Shown: positions 1 through 9,758, numbered from the stretch's first letter. The stretch: 64,000 bases of DNA from Candidatus Fervidifonticultor sextus (GCA_031459875.1 JAVKHQ010000002.1:1-64000); one strand, 5' to 3'. Notes: generated by a model from the letters alone, not told the origin. Translations and numbers: made by a program.

Positions 1-199
1 GAATCATGCCGTAGTCTTCATATGACTTGCCTTGCCACTCTCCCTTCCAACGAATCGGGCTCCCTTCGCGCCAATCTGTGACAACATGGGTACCGAACAT
101 ATATTGCTTGATGGCTTCAGGGTTCACCAGTGCTTCCCAGACTTTGGCTCGGAACGCGTTTATGGCGATGGAGGCTCTAGCGATCAGATTCTTGTCCAT
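1..199 (-). CDS. SRPBCC/AHSA1-family (START-like) protein, 3' end runs off the window
   Basis: Manual minus-strand translation from ATG at 199: MDKNLIARASIAINAFRAKVWEALVNPEAIKQYMFGTHVVTDWREGSPIRWKGEWQGKSYEDYG. AGGAG RBS at 206-210. Not in the ORF track. Confidence 0.8.
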   Translation of the reverse strand, partial: MDKNLIARASIAINAFRAKVWEALVNPEAIKQYMFGTHVVTDWREGSPIRWKGEWQGKSYEDYGMI

Positions 200-649
200 A
201 ATTCGCTCCTGTTTACAGAGTTGTCTTTCTAGGCATTGCCGCCCAACAAGAATTGGGGAGAACCGCCTAATACCCCCAACACAGCGAATCCTGCAGTCTA
301 GCGTGCGTCACTGGCTCCCTCTTGCTCCCGGCCCCTTCCATAAAGTACCCAACGACGTGAGGGCTACCCGTCCCCGTGATAGCCAGACCTGCCTAATCCG
401 CCGTGGGGCCACCCGGTTGGAACCTTCGGCACGCCGACTCTTTTGGGCCCAGTGTAACGCTCGGATGATCCCCCTGCAATCATGAGAGGGCGTCCCCCCG
501 GGGACTCGTCGGGTCAAAGCTCCCCACCCCCGGCCACGGACCCGCTGGGGACCGGTGGCCTCTTCTACAGCCGGACAACGGTCGGCCGGGCTCCGAACGG
601 CCCCGGGGCCCCGGTTCGGCACGTGGGTCAATGCGGCAGACCCGGGCCA

Positions 650-736
650 GAGCTCTGCAAACTTGCTGTAGTCGGCGACCAGGACCACCTCCCGCGCCGC
701 CCGGATGCCGAGACGTTTCACCGCGGCCTCCTCCGG
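650..736 (-). pseudogene. Fragment of a DeoR/GlpR regulator C-terminal sensor domain
   Basis: PEEAAVKRLGIRAAREVVLVADYSKF resembles the DeoR C-terminal motif; flanking sequence is unrelated and no HTH is present. Confidence 0.5.
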
Positions 737-822
737 CGCGGGCCTGCTCCCGCGCCGTTATGAAACGGCGTTGGACGGGGCGGTCCGCCCCAAAGGACGA
801 CCCGGGTGGAGGTCTGGTGACT

Positions 823-1578
823 TCACACCCGCTCCGCGATGAAGATCGCCGCCTCGGATTCCAGGCCGAACGGCTCGCCGCCCAGACTGCCGTACAGCGC
901 ATCGAGCCGCATGCCGGCCCGCTCCAGCATCGTCTTCACCTCCACCACCGTGAAGGCGCGGATGGACTGGGTCCAGGCTTCCCGCCGGCCGTCGGGGAAG
1001 ATGACCGTGTTCACCCAGGAGAGGCGGCCGGCCAGCGGGTCGAACGTCCAGTCCTCGATTTCCAGGATCCCGTCGTCGCGGCGGTCCACCACGGCGGGCT
1101 GGAAGTGGCGGATCTCCAGTTCGCGGTTCCAGAAGTCGATCAACAGGCGGCCGCCGCGCCGCAGCACGCGCGCGACGCCATCGAGCACCGCCTGGCTCTC
1201 CTGGTCGGTGTCGAAGTAGCCGAAGGAGAGGAACATGTTGATCGCCGCGTCAAACGGGCCGCGCACGGGCAATGCCCGCACGTCGCCCACGACGAAGTGG
1301 GGGGTCACGCCCGAAGCCGCCGCATGCGCCCGCGCCCGGGCCACCTGCATCGTCGAGATGTCCACGCCCACCACGTCGAACCCGCGGCGGGCGAGTTCGA
1401 CGCTGTGCCGGCCGTACCCGCTGCAGACGTCGAGGATCCTGGCCGGTGGGCGTAGGTCCAGCAGTGCGAGCACCTGATCCACCTGGGTCCTGGCCCGCTC
1501 CAGGTCGGCCCGCTCGTAGAGTTCCAGGAACGTGGGGCGGTCAAAGACGTCCCGCCACCACTCGGGCCGCCGGGTCAT
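823..1578 (-). CDS. Class I SAM-dependent methyltransferase
   Basis: ILDVCSGYGRH motif I, GVDIS, GDVR, FDAAINMFLSFGYF. Confidence 0.9.
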   Translation of the reverse strand: MTRRPEWWRDVFDRPTFLELYERADLERARTQVDQVLALLDLRPPARILDVCSGYGRHSVELARRGFDVVGVDISTMQVARARAHAAASGVTPHFVVGDVRALPVRGPFDAAINMFLSFGYFDTDQESQAVLDGVARVLRRGGRLLIDFWNRELEIRHFQPAVVDRRDDGILEIEDWTFDPLAGRLSWVNTVIFPDGRREAWTQSIRAFTVVEVKTMLERAGMRLDALYGSLGGEPFGLESEAAIFIAERV

Positions 1579-1895
1579 GGGGACGGCTCCCCTGAGTCGG
1601 AATCCCCGTCGCCGGGGCTGTGGGGGACAACCAGCGCGGCGCCCTCCGCCAGCGACGCCAGGTACTCCGCGATCACGGCCCTGGCCTCGGACGCCTGGTC
1701 CGGCCGCACCAGGAGATCTGCAACGATCCCGGCCTGGCCGCCCAGCAGCGTCGGGACCTCATAGCCCGGGACCCGGCGGGATCGCACCATGACGCGGATG
1801 CCGGCGGCGGCCAGCGCGTCGCGGATCGCGATGGCTTCGAACTCGCTGGTGGCCTCGAACACTGGCACGAGGTCTCCGGGCGGGGGCAGCAGCAT
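1575..1895 (-). CDS. DUF2007 / putative signal-transducing small protein
   Basis: From ATG 1895: VPVFEATSEFEAIAIRDALAAAGI...LLVRPDQASEARAVI; coupled to both neighbours. Confidence 0.65.
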   Translation of the reverse strand: MLLPPPGDLVPVFEATSEFEAIAIRDALAAAGIRVMVRSRRVPGYEVPTLLGGQAGIVADLLVRPDQASEARAVIAEYLASLAEGAALVVPHSPGDGDSDSGEPSP

Positions 1896-1896
1896 G

Positions 1897-2757
1897 CTAC
1901 GGCTCCCTGGCGGCGAGCCGGTAGGCCTCCTTCGGCGGGAGCCCGCAGGCCACCGCCAGCGCCCGGGCCGCATCGCGGCGCGACAGACCCTCCGCCAGCA
2001 GGCGCCGCAGGACCTCCTCCGGCGCCTGGGGTCCGACACCCTCCTTCCTGCCAGCCGCGCGGGCCCGCCGAGGCGCGGCATCCTCCGGGGCGCCCTCCAC
2101 GACCAGCGTCACCTCGCCCCTGGGCGGCCCGCGCAGGGCCGCCCTCACCTCGGCGATGGTGCCGCGGATGACCTCCTCGTGTCTCTTGGTCAGTTCGCGG
2201 GCGAGCAGCAGGCGGCGGCCGCCGAAGACGTCCTCCAGGTCGGCCAGCGCCTCGCGGACACGGTGTGGCGCCTCAAAGATCACCAGGGCCATGGGCAGGC
2301 CGACCAGCGATTCGAGCAGACGCCTTCGCTCGCCCCGCTGCCTGGGCAGGAATCCGACAAAGGCAAACTGACCGACGGCGAAATCCGCCAGCGGGACCGC
2401 GGCCGTCACCGCGCTGGGACCCGGGACGGACACGACGCGCAGCCCTTCGCGTGACGCGGCCGCCACGAGCGCGGCGCCCGGGTCTGAGATCACCGGCATG
2501 CCGGCGTCCGCGACCAGCGCCACGGTCTTCCCGGCGCGCAGCAGCCCCAGAATCTGCGGGATCCGCGTGCGCTCGTTGTGCTCGTGCAGGGAGAGCACCG
2601 CTGCCCGGATGCCCAGGTGGGCCAGCAGTCCCCGGGTGTGCCGCGTGTCCTCGCACGCGACGACGTCGGCCTCCCTGAGGACGCGAACGGCGCGCAGGGT
2701 GATGTCCTCGAGGTTGCCGATGGGCGTGGCGACGAGGTAGAGGACCCCCGGGGTCAC
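1897..2757 (-). CDS. rsmI: 16S rRNA (cytidine1402-2'-O)-methyltransferase
   Basis: LYLVATPIGNLEDIT, ACEDTR, DAGMPVISDPG, RELTKRHEE. GTG start at 2757 overlaps the upstream stop. Confidence 0.95.
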   Translation of the reverse strand: MTPGVLYLVATPIGNLEDITLRAVRVLREADVVACEDTRHTRGLLAHLGIRAAVLSLHEHNERTRIPQILGLLRAGKTVALVADAGMPVISDPGAALVAAASREGLRVVSVPGPSAVTAAVPLADFAVGQFAFVGFLPRQRGERRRLLESLVGLPMALVIFEAPHRVREALADLEDVFGGRRLLLARELTKRHEEVIRGTIAEVRAALRGPPRGEVTLVVEGAPEDAAPRRARAAGRKEGVGPQAPEEVLRRLLAEGLSRRDAARALAVACGLPPKEAYRLAAREP

Positions 2758-3248
2758 GCCCGCCCCCCCGCCACGAGCGCCAGCCGCACGGCCTCCTCGG
2801 CTGTGGCGGCCTCCACGATCTCGGCCGGCCGGCCGGCCACACTCGCCTGCCAGGTCCGCAGGCCCACGACGCGGCGGCCCAGGCGTAGCGCATGCCCGAT
2901 CTCCGAGAGCGTCCCCGCCCCGCCGCCGATGGCGATGACCGCCTGCGCGGCCAGCACGATGATGACGTTGCGCATCTGGCCCATCCCGGTGGGAATGGCG
3001 AGCACGACGAACGGGTTGGCCGCTGCGGTCTCCTCCCCCGGCAGCACGCCCACCGTGAGCCCGCCGGCGCCGCGCGCGCCGCGGCACGCCGCCTCCATCA
3101 CGCCGCCCAGCCCGCCGCAGATGAGGCCGTACCCGGCCTCGGCGATCCGGCGGCCGACCTCCTCGGCCAGCGCCGCGTGGTCGGGGTGCGAGATGACGCT
3201 CTCCCCGATCACGGCGAGGAGCGGATGCCGGACGGCCGACGGCGTCAT
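2754..3248 (-). CDS. TIGR00725 / LOG (SLOG) family protein
   Basis: CGGLGGVMEAACRGA, IPTGMGQMRN, GGGAGTLSEI. Confidence 0.85.
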   Translation of the reverse strand: MTPSAVRHPLLAVIGESVISHPDHAALAEEVGRRIAEAGYGLICGGLGGVMEAACRGARGAGGLTVGVLPGEETAAANPFVVLAIPTGMGQMRNVIIVLAAQAVIAIGGGAGTLSEIGHALRLGRRVVGLRTWQASVAGRPAEIVEAATAEEAVRLALVAGGRA

Positions 3249-5596
3249 GCCACCAGCAGCCCTCGGAGCAACACCAGCGCGGCCTCCTTGTCCAGCGGCT
3301 CGTTGAGGTTGCCGCACTTGGGCGACTGGATGCACGACGGACACCCGTCCTCGCACGGGCAGGCCTCGATGACCTCGCGCGTCGCCGCCATCAGGGACTC
3401 GATGAGCGCATAGCCCTTCTCGGTGATGCCCACCCCGCCGGGATGCCCGTCATAGATGAAGATGGCCGGGGTGTGGGTCTGAGGATGCATGGGATACGAG
3501 ACCCCGCCGATGTCCCACCGGTCGCACATGGCAAAGAGGGGCAGGACGCCGATGGCCGCGTGCTCCACCGCGTGAATGCCCCCGGCGAAGTCCAGGCCGC
3601 GGGCGCGCACCCGGGCCTCGAGCACGTCGGGGACGGCAAACCACACCGCCCTGGTCTGCAGCCGCTGGGCCGGCAGGTCGAGGGGCTCCACCCCGAGCAC
3701 CGTGTCGGTGAAGAGCTGCTTGCGCGCGAAGCCGACCACCTGCGTGGCGACCTCCACCTCGCCGAACTCGACGGCCGTGGGCCCCCATGGGCGGACCGCC
3801 TGCCTGCGCTGGATGGTCAGGTCGATCGTCGTGCGGGGTTGCGTGTAGTAGTCGGCTGCAGACGGCGTCACACGCGCGATCCGCGCCTGCAGGTCCAGTT
3901 CAGAGACCAGGTAGGTCTCCCCCTGGTGCAGGTAGATCGCGCCGGGATGCACCTGCTCGAAGGCTTGCGCCTCTTCCACCGTCCCGATTGTCCGGCGGTC
4001 GGGACCGACGATCCGGAAGGTCGCCCCCGAGGCCGAACGAATGTCCACCGCCTGCGCCGGGTAGCGCTGCCGGCCGATCCAGTACCACCGGCCGCGTCGG
4101 GCCACGAGCTCCCCGGCCTGTTCCAGCAGGGGGATCACCTGGCGCGCGCGCTCGCCAAAGAGGGCCAGGTCAGCCGCAACAAGCGCAATCTCGGCGGCCG
4201 CACAGCGCAGATGCCGGGCCAGCACGTAGGGGTTCTCGGGATCGATGACCGCGTGCTCGCATGGTCGGTCGAACAGGTAGTCCGGGTGGCGCATCAGGTA
4301 CTGGTCCAGCGCATCGTCCTGGGCGATCAGCACGGCCAGCGAGGGCGCAGTCCCGCGTCCGGCGCGGCCGGCCCGCTGCCAGGTCGAGGCGATGGTGCCG
4401 GGAAAGCCGACCAGCAGGGCCGCGTCCAGCCCGCCCACGTCGATGCCCAGTTCCAGCGCGCTCGTGGAGACGACGCCCAGAAGGTCACCGTCGAAGAGAC
4501 GGCGCTCGATCCGCCGGCGATCCTCGGGCAGGTAACCGGCGCGGTAGGGGCTGATCCGCGAGACCAGGTGCGGCGCATCGTGGCGCAGCCGGGCGGCGGC
4601 GTATCGCGCGATCAACTCGGTGACCTTCCGGGCTTTGGTGAACACGATGGTCCGGACCCCGCGGCGGACCAGGTCCACGAACAGCGCGGTGGCCTCCGAC
4701 AGCGCGCTGCGCCGCGCCGCCCCGGCCCGGTCCGCCAGCGGAGGATTCCACAACAGGAACCAGCGGGGGCCGCTCGGGGCGCCGTTGTCGGCGATCACCT
4801 CCACCGGCAGGCCCAGCAGCCTGGACGCGAACTCCTCGGGGTTGGCGATCGTCGCCGACGTGCAGATGAACTGCGGATCCGCCCCGTGGAAGCGACACGC
4901 CCGCCGCAGCCGCCGCAGGACGTTGGCCACGTTGGAGCCGAACACCCCGCGGTAGACGTGCATGTCGTCGACGACCACGAAGCGCAGCCACTGCAGGAAC
5001 GGTCTCCACCGGAAGTGCTGGGGCAGGATGCCGACGTGCAGCATGTCGGGGTTCGAGAGGAGGATTCGAGCCCGCTCCCGGATCGCGCGGCGCTCCCGCG
5101 GCGGAGTGTCGCCGTCGTAGGTGGCCACGGGCACCTCGGGGACGTCGAACGCCAGCAGTGCGTCCAGTTGGTCCTGGGCCAGCGCCTTGGTGGGGAACAG
5201 GTAGAGCGCCCGCGCCCGAGGGTCGGCCAGCAGGGCGTCCAGGACCGACACGTTGTAGCACAGCGTCTTGCCGCTGGCCGTCGGCGTCACCACCGCCACG
5301 TGCCGCCCCCGGCGGACGGCCTCGACCGCGGCCGCCTGGTGCGTGTAGAGCCGCTGGATCCCGTGATCCTGCAACCACCTGGCCAGGCGCGGGTGCAGCG
5401 GGGTGTCTGGGTCTGCGTAGCGGGCGGGTCGGGGGGGCAGGAACCGCCGGCAGACCACCTGCCCCCGGTAGCCGTCCTGCCGCTCGACATCCTCGAGAAA
5501 GGCCTCGACTCCCGGCACACTCCGGCGTGCCACGGCGACCCCAGTATAGCCCGAGCCGGCGCGTGCTGTCCTGCCCCCGGCCCACGCCCGCCACAC
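3245..5596 (-). CDS. DEAD/DEAH-box helicase with C-terminal DUF1998 (MrfA/SftH/Hrq1-like); true start probably near 5533
   Basis: TPTASGKT Walker A, FPTKALAQDQ, DDMH, SATIAN, LELGIDVG, QRAGRAGR, C-terminal CPCEDGCPSC. Confidence 0.9.
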   Translation of the reverse strand: MWRAWAGGRTARAGSGYTGVAVARRSVPGVEAFLEDVERQDGYRGQVVCRRFLPPRPARYADPDTPLHPRLARWLQDHGIQRLYTHQAAAVEAVRRGRHVAVVTPTASGKTLCYNVSVLDALLADPRARALYLFPTKALAQDQLDALLAFDVPEVPVATYDGDTPPRERRAIRERARILLSNPDMLHVGILPQHFRWRPFLQWLRFVVVDDMHVYRGVFGSNVANVLRRLRRACRFHGADPQFICTSATIANPEEFASRLLGLPVEVIADNGAPSGPRWFLLWNPPLADRAGAARRSALSEATALFVDLVRRGVRTIVFTKARKVTELIARYAAARLRHDAPHLVSRISPYRAGYLPEDRRRIERRLFDGDLLGVVSTSALELGIDVGGLDAALLVGFPGTIASTWQRAGRAGRGTAPSLAVLIAQDDALDQYLMRHPDYLFDRPCEHAVIDPENPYVLARHLRCAAAEIALVAADLALFGERARQVIPLLEQAGELVARRGRWYWIGRQRYPAQAVDIRSASGATFRIVGPDRRTIGTVEEAQAFEQVHPGAIYLHQGETYLVSELDLQARIARVTPSAADYYTQPRTTIDLTIQRRQAVRPWGPTAVEFGEVEVATQVVGFARKQLFTDTVLGVEPLDLPAQRLQTRAVWFAVPDVLEARVRARGLDFAGGIHAVEHAAIGVLPLFAMCDRWDIGGVSYPMHPQTHTPAIFIYDGHPGGVGITEKGYALIESLMAATREVIEACPCEDGCPSCIQSPKCGNLNEPLDKEAALVLLRGLLVA

Positions 5597-5628
5597 AACG
5601 ATCGCCTCCTGCGAGCCGGGCCGCTTCC

Positions 5629-5658
5629 TTGACAGGCGCGAGCGCCGTTGGCTATCCT
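5629..5658 (+). promoter_or_regulatory. Sigma70-type promoter for tRNA-Leu
   Basis: TTGACA-18 bp-TATCCT, 46 bp upstream of the tRNA. Confidence 0.55.
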
Positions 5659-5704
5659 GTGTGATGCCACTGGGAGTCGCGCTGACGCGCCCGGCTCCCG
5701 ACGC

Positions 5705-5792
5705 GCGGAAGTGGCGGAACTGGCAGACGCGCAGGCCTCAGGAGCCTGTGGGCCAACAGCCCGTGGGAGTTCAAATCTCCCCTTCCGCACCA
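5705..5792 (+). tRNA. tRNA-Leu(CAG)
   Basis: Acceptor stem GCGGAAG/CTTCCGC, D-loop TGGCAGAC, anticodon arm CAGGC-CTCAGGA-GCCTG, long variable arm, GTTCAAATC T-loop, encoded CCA. Confidence 0.97.
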
Positions 5793-5909
5793 TCGGCAGA
5801 ACGACTCACCGCGGCGTCGGACACCCCCCGCCAGCGCCCCCGCTAGCCCCACGCCGATCACCCGGCGTGGAAACCACGTCTGGCCGAAGGGAGACTGGGT
5901 ATATCCCTC

Positions 5910-6674
5910 ATGGGGATGCCCAACGCGACCAGGTCCCAGCCGGCTGCCATGCGTCTCGACGACGTCGTGGCCCAGTACCGGAGCGGCCGCGACCCCGGCC
6001 TGCGGGAGACCATCGCCGAGGCCTGCACGCCGCTGATCCGCAGCCTCGCCGCCGAGTTCACCGCGAACCGCACGCTGCAGGAAGACCTGACCCAGGTGGG
6101 CTACCTGGGGCTGCTGACCGCCATCGAGGGCTACGACCCCACCCGGGGGGTCAAGTTCGAGACCTACGCCCGGCCGCTGATCCGGGGCGAGATGCGCCAC
6201 TACCTGCGCGACTCCAACGACGTGATCCGCAGGCCGCGGTGGCTGCAGAAGGCCAACCAGCAGATCGACCTGGCCGTGGCGCGGACGCTGGCCGACCTCC
6301 GGCGGTTTCCGACGCTCGAGGAACTGGCCGCAGCGCTCAACGTGACGGAAGAGGGGCTGCGGGAAATCCTCCGGGTCCGCGAGGCGGTCCACCTCACCTC
6401 CCTCGACGCGGACACCCCCGAGGAGATGCTCGAGATCGACCGCCGGCTCATCCGCCACCGGGTCTACGAGTCGTTCCAGCTGCCCATCGAAGACCGCATC
6501 GTCCTCTGGGAGGCCTTCGAGAGACTGACGGCGATGCAGCGCCGGGTGCTGTACTACCTCTTCTTCCGGGATCTCTCGCAGCCGAAGACGGCGGCGCGGC
6601 TGGGCATCTCGCAGAAGCACGTCTCCCGGGTCCTGGCCAGCGCGCTGACCAGGCTCCGGGAGTTCCTCACGTAG
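5910..6674 (+). CDS. SigB/SigF/SigG-family RNA polymerase sigma factor
   Basis: EDLTQVGYLGLLTAIEGYDPTRGVKFETYA, IRGEMRHYLRD, region 4 LSQPKTAARLGISQKHVSR. Confidence 0.9.
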   Translation: MGMPNATRSQPAAMRLDDVVAQYRSGRDPGLRETIAEACTPLIRSLAAEFTANRTLQEDLTQVGYLGLLTAIEGYDPTRGVKFETYARPLIRGEMRHYLRDSNDVIRRPRWLQKANQQIDLAVARTLADLRRFPTLEELAAALNVTEEGLREILRVREAVHLTSLDADTPEEMLEIDRRLIRHRVYESFQLPIEDRIVLWEAFERLTAMQRRVLYYLFFRDLSQPKTAARLGISQKHVSRVLASALTRLREFLT

Positions 6675-6681
6675 CCCCCAG

Positions 6682-8364
6682 TTATTTCAGCTGATACCAG
6701 GAGGTGATGGCGATGCCGCGGCCGATGGCGCGCAGGGAAAAGGGGTCGAACCGCACCACGACCGTGGCGTTCTGGTTGGTATAGCTCCCGGCCTCCGGCG
6801 ACGACTGGTTGGCGCAGATCGTCCGCTTGCAGTGGTACATGGCGCCGATCTGATCCACAGTGCCCTGGGCACCGACGGCCATGCCGTCCATGGTAAACAT
6901 CAGTCCGTCCGTGATGAGCCGCTGGGTATTCCCGCCGCACAGGATCAGGCGCCCGGACCCGTTCGCCTGCTCTCCCGCACAGACGTTGGATGCCCGCTGG
7001 TCCGGCACGGCCTTGCCGAAGACCAGGATCCCGGGCGTCTGGCGACCTAACAGGGTCGAGAGGTCGTGGCGGTTGCTCACGCTGACCCCGGTGTTGAGGA
7101 CCAGGTCGCCCCGGACGACGAGGGTGACGTTGCCGGCGCTCCCGCCGAGGTTGACGTCCCTTGAGAAGCGATAGGTGTCGCTGAGGAACACCGTCCCCCG
7201 CAGATAGCACGGGCATCCGGCTGACAGACCCGGACACCCGGACGCGACGTAGTTGACGACCCGGTCGAACTGCGCGGGACTGTAGACCGATCCCACGGCC
7301 CCTGCCCCCGATGCCCGGTTGATCTCGTCGTTGAGGGCGTTGCCGGATGCCGCACTCAAGTGCGCCTGGGGGTCACACAGCGTCACGCTCAGCGGGCCGC
7401 TACACAGCTGGGGCAGCACCTGCCGGGTCATTTGGTTCATGTAGACATGCCCGACATTCCACGCATCCACCGCCCCGGGACAGGCGCCGGGGCTACTCGC
7501 CCGCAGTTCGCAGATGCTCTGCACATCGATCCCGCGGTTCTGGACCGTCACGCAGGCGTAGGAGGAGGGAGGAGTGCAGTTGGAGATGGGGCCGGTCGTC
7601 GGCTGCGCCTTGATGATGTCGCCGAAGGCGTACAGATTCGCGGGCAGCGGATCGTTGGCGTTGTAGGAGGGCCGCGCCGTCCAGCCGTACAACCGGAAGT
7701 CCTCGAACGTCCCTTCGCGGAGGGTCACGAACTCGGTGTTCTGCTCGCTCACCGCGTTGAGCCGAAGGCCGGTATCGGCGAAGTTGATCTCCCTGAATGA
7801 GCCCATGTGCCCGCCCGTGGGTTGACCGGGGGTGTTGCACGGGGTCGGAAATGGATTCCAACATGGGAACGGGGCGATAAAAGTTCTGGACGTCGCGCCC
7901 TGGGCCTGGACCAGCTCGACACCAAACAAGGCCATCAGGAACGGGGTCCCCGGGACACCGCAGGCACGGACCCGTGAGTTGATCCAGCGACCGAGGTAGT
8001 GCGCTTCCCCCAGCGCTTCCAGGGTCTTGAGGCCGGACGGGCAGGGGTCGACGGTCGCGGGCCCGGTGTCCACCCACCAGGTGAACCGGCCCCCCTGGCC
8101 GTAGGGCTCGACCCTCTCGCCCGCCGAGCCGCTGGGGTTCGTGTAGCTGAAGGGGTCGGCCGCCGCAAAGACCGCGGCCCTGGCCTCCGCCAGGGCCGCC
8201 TGGGCGTTGTGGAAGCTCCGCGTCAGCGCGTGCTGGATCGAAGCATGGGTGATGTCTGTGTGCATCAGCCCCACCAGGGCAATGCCGACGGCGGTCAGGA
8301 CGACCGTGATGGCCAGCACGATGATCATCGCCATACCCTGTTGGTCACGGCGCGCCACCCGCAT
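6682..8364 (-). CDS. Large PilX/ComZ-like type IV pilin-family protein (cassette 2)
   Basis: Prepilin-like RRDQQG|MAMIIVLAITVVL with no Glu5; Cys-rich C-terminus ending ITSWYQLK; GGAGG RBS before ATG 8364. Confidence 0.8.
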   Translation of the reverse strand: MRVARRDQQGMAMIIVLAITVVLTAVGIALVGLMHTDITHASIQHALTRSFHNAQAALAEARAAVFAAADPFSYTNPSGSAGERVEPYGQGGRFTWWVDTGPATVDPCPSGLKTLEALGEAHYLGRWINSRVRACGVPGTPFLMALFGVELVQAQGATSRTFIAPFPCWNPFPTPCNTPGQPTGGHMGSFREINFADTGLRLNAVSEQNTEFVTLREGTFEDFRLYGWTARPSYNANDPLPANLYAFGDIIKAQPTTGPISNCTPPSSYACVTVQNRGIDVQSICELRASSPGACPGAVDAWNVGHVYMNQMTRQVLPQLCSGPLSVTLCDPQAHLSAASGNALNDEINRASGAGAVGSVYSPAQFDRVVNYVASGCPGLSAGCPCYLRGTVFLSDTYRFSRDVNLGGSAGNVTLVVRGDLVLNTGVSVSNRHDLSTLLGRQTPGILVFGKAVPDQRASNVCAGEQANGSGRLILCGGNTQRLITDGLMFTMDGMAVGAQGTVDQIGAMYHCKRTICANQSSPEAGSYTNQNATVVVRFDPFSLRAIGRGIAITSWYQLK

Positions 8365-8393
8365 GCTGACCTCCTCCCTTCCGCAGATCGGCC

Positions 8394-8999
8394 TCATCGG
8401 TTCTGCGGGACGAATACGGTCTGATTCACGAAGTCCGTCTGGTACCGGCGCCCGGACCGGAGGGCGCCCGGGGCCCGCTCGCGCAGGAAGACCTCCACCC
8501 CGCCCGCCAGGCGAGTGAACCGCACCTCGGCCACATCCCGGGCGACCACCGTATACGGGATCAACGTTGCCGGGGGCCAGGCGCTCACCGGAAACGCCGT
8601 GGAGGCATCGCACCGTCGTCGCAATTCATTCGACGCGGTGTCGCGCCATACGTAGATCGTCGCCTGCCAGTTGGGATACCCCTCGGCGGTCATCTGGAAC
8701 TGCCCGGTGCAGTTGACCCGCGCCGTGACATACCCGATGCATCCCTGGTACGGTCCGGAGCACGCGTAGGTGACCAGGCGGAACGGAGTCATCGTGGTCT
8801 CCTGCAGTTCCCGGGCCAGGCGGTCGATGGCCAGTCGCACATCCTGCTGCCTGTCGAGGCGCTCGGTGGTGTTGCGGGAGAGGACCAGCGTCGGGATGAA
8901 CACCTGGTAGAGGCTCACGACCATCAGCGAGAACAACACGACGCCCATGACCAGGTCGACGGAGGTCCGGCCGCGCTCGGCGCGATCGCCCGTGGGCAT
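8394..8999 (-). CDS. PilW-like minor pilin (cassette 2)
   Basis: ERG|RTSVDLVMGVVLFSLMVV, QQDVRLAIDRLARELQET, C-terminal VFVPQN. Confidence 0.7.
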   Translation of the reverse strand: MPTGDRAERGRTSVDLVMGVVLFSLMVVSLYQVFIPTLVLSRNTTERLDRQQDVRLAIDRLARELQETTMTPFRLVTYACSGPYQGCIGYVTARVNCTGQFQMTAEGYPNWQATIYVWRDTASNELRRRCDASTAFPVSAWPPATLIPYTVVARDVAEVRFTRLAGGVEVFLRERAPGALRSGRRYQTDFVNQTVFVPQNR

Positions 9000-9001
9000 C
9001 C

Positions 9002-9424
9002 CTACGGCCTCCACGCCCGGGTCTCGACGATCCGGGAGTAGGTCTGGGTTGCGCCCGTGCACCGCTCGTTCCCCGCCGCATCGGTTGTGCAGGCCGATCC
9101 GATGGAGACCTGAAAGCTGACCTCGACACGGACGTTGGCGGGATTGCCCGCGGTCACAGCGGTCGCGTACGTGTACTGTCTGCCGCCCACCGTGACGGTC
9201 GCGGGGTACGTTCCTGGAACACCGCGCTGCGAGATGTCGTCGGCCAGTTGGGCCGCGCGCTGCCGGGCGAGATTCGAGGCGATCGAGAAGCCTTCGGCCG
9301 TCGCGCCCACCGAGATCGAGCTCATCAGCAGCCCGATGATGGCCACGAGCACAAACGAGAACAGGGAGAGAGCCACGACGACCTCGATGGTCCCGAAACC
9401 CTGCATCGCTCGACGCCTGCACAC
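9002..9424 (-). CDS. PilV-like minor pilin (cassette 2)
   Basis: MQG|FGTIEVVVALSLF class III signal with Glu5. Confidence 0.75.
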   Translation of the reverse strand: MCRRRAMQGFGTIEVVVALSLFSFVLVAIIGLLMSSISVGATAEGFSIASNLARQRAAQLADDISQRGVPGTYPATVTVGGRQYTYATAVTAGNPANVRVEVSFQVSIGSACTTDAAGNERCTGATQTYSRIVETRAWRP

Positions 9425-9462
9425 GGCCGTCCTCTCCCTTCCCTCCCGGCCGCTCACAAACA

Positions 9463-9491
9463 TAAAAAGGGCCCGGATTGTCGCCCTCTTC
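9463..9491 (-). terminator. Intrinsic terminator, expression platform of the c-di-GMP riboswitch
   Basis: Minus strand AAGAGGGC-GACAATCCGG-GCCCTTTTT; the stem overlaps the aptamer 3' strand. Confidence 0.65.
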
Positions 9492-9571
9492 GGCAGCTCA
9501 GCCGGCCTGGCGTCAGCCCGGCCCTGAAGCTTTGCGTCCCCCGGATTGCTCCAGAGTTGCCCTTATCGGAG
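9486..9571 (-). ncRNA. c-di-GMP-I (GEMM) riboswitch
   Basis: Minus strand CTCCGATAAGGGCAACTCTGGA-GCAA-TCCGGGGGACGCAAAGCTTCAGGGCC...GGCTGAGCTGCCGAAGAG: GNRA loop, GACGCAAAG junction, 3' GCTGCCGA. Confidence 0.85.
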
Positions 9572-9758
9572 GAGCCTGTTCGTCTCCTTCACGCGCCGGA
9601 CCCCGTCAGTCCCGTCCCCTGGCTTGAGTAGTCCTTATTCTTTCGCGCCCGGCCCCCGCGCTCCTTCTTTCCCCGGCACCGCGAGGGAGCGGACCGGGGG
9701 CCGAGCGATGCACGCTCGATGTAACTTCCCGCCGCGGGGCTCCTCACCTCGCCGCGGC

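Noticed and set aside
3245..5596. DUF1998 helicase as a DISARM/Druantia defence system
   Set aside because: Stand-alone MrfA/SftH-type gene among housekeeping genes, with no methylase, PLD or other defence partners.
5705..8385. tRNA-Leu as an integration site for the pilin region
   Set aside because: No integrase. The only echo of the tRNA 3' end I noticed is a 10-bp match near 8376-8385 that coincides with an RBS region.
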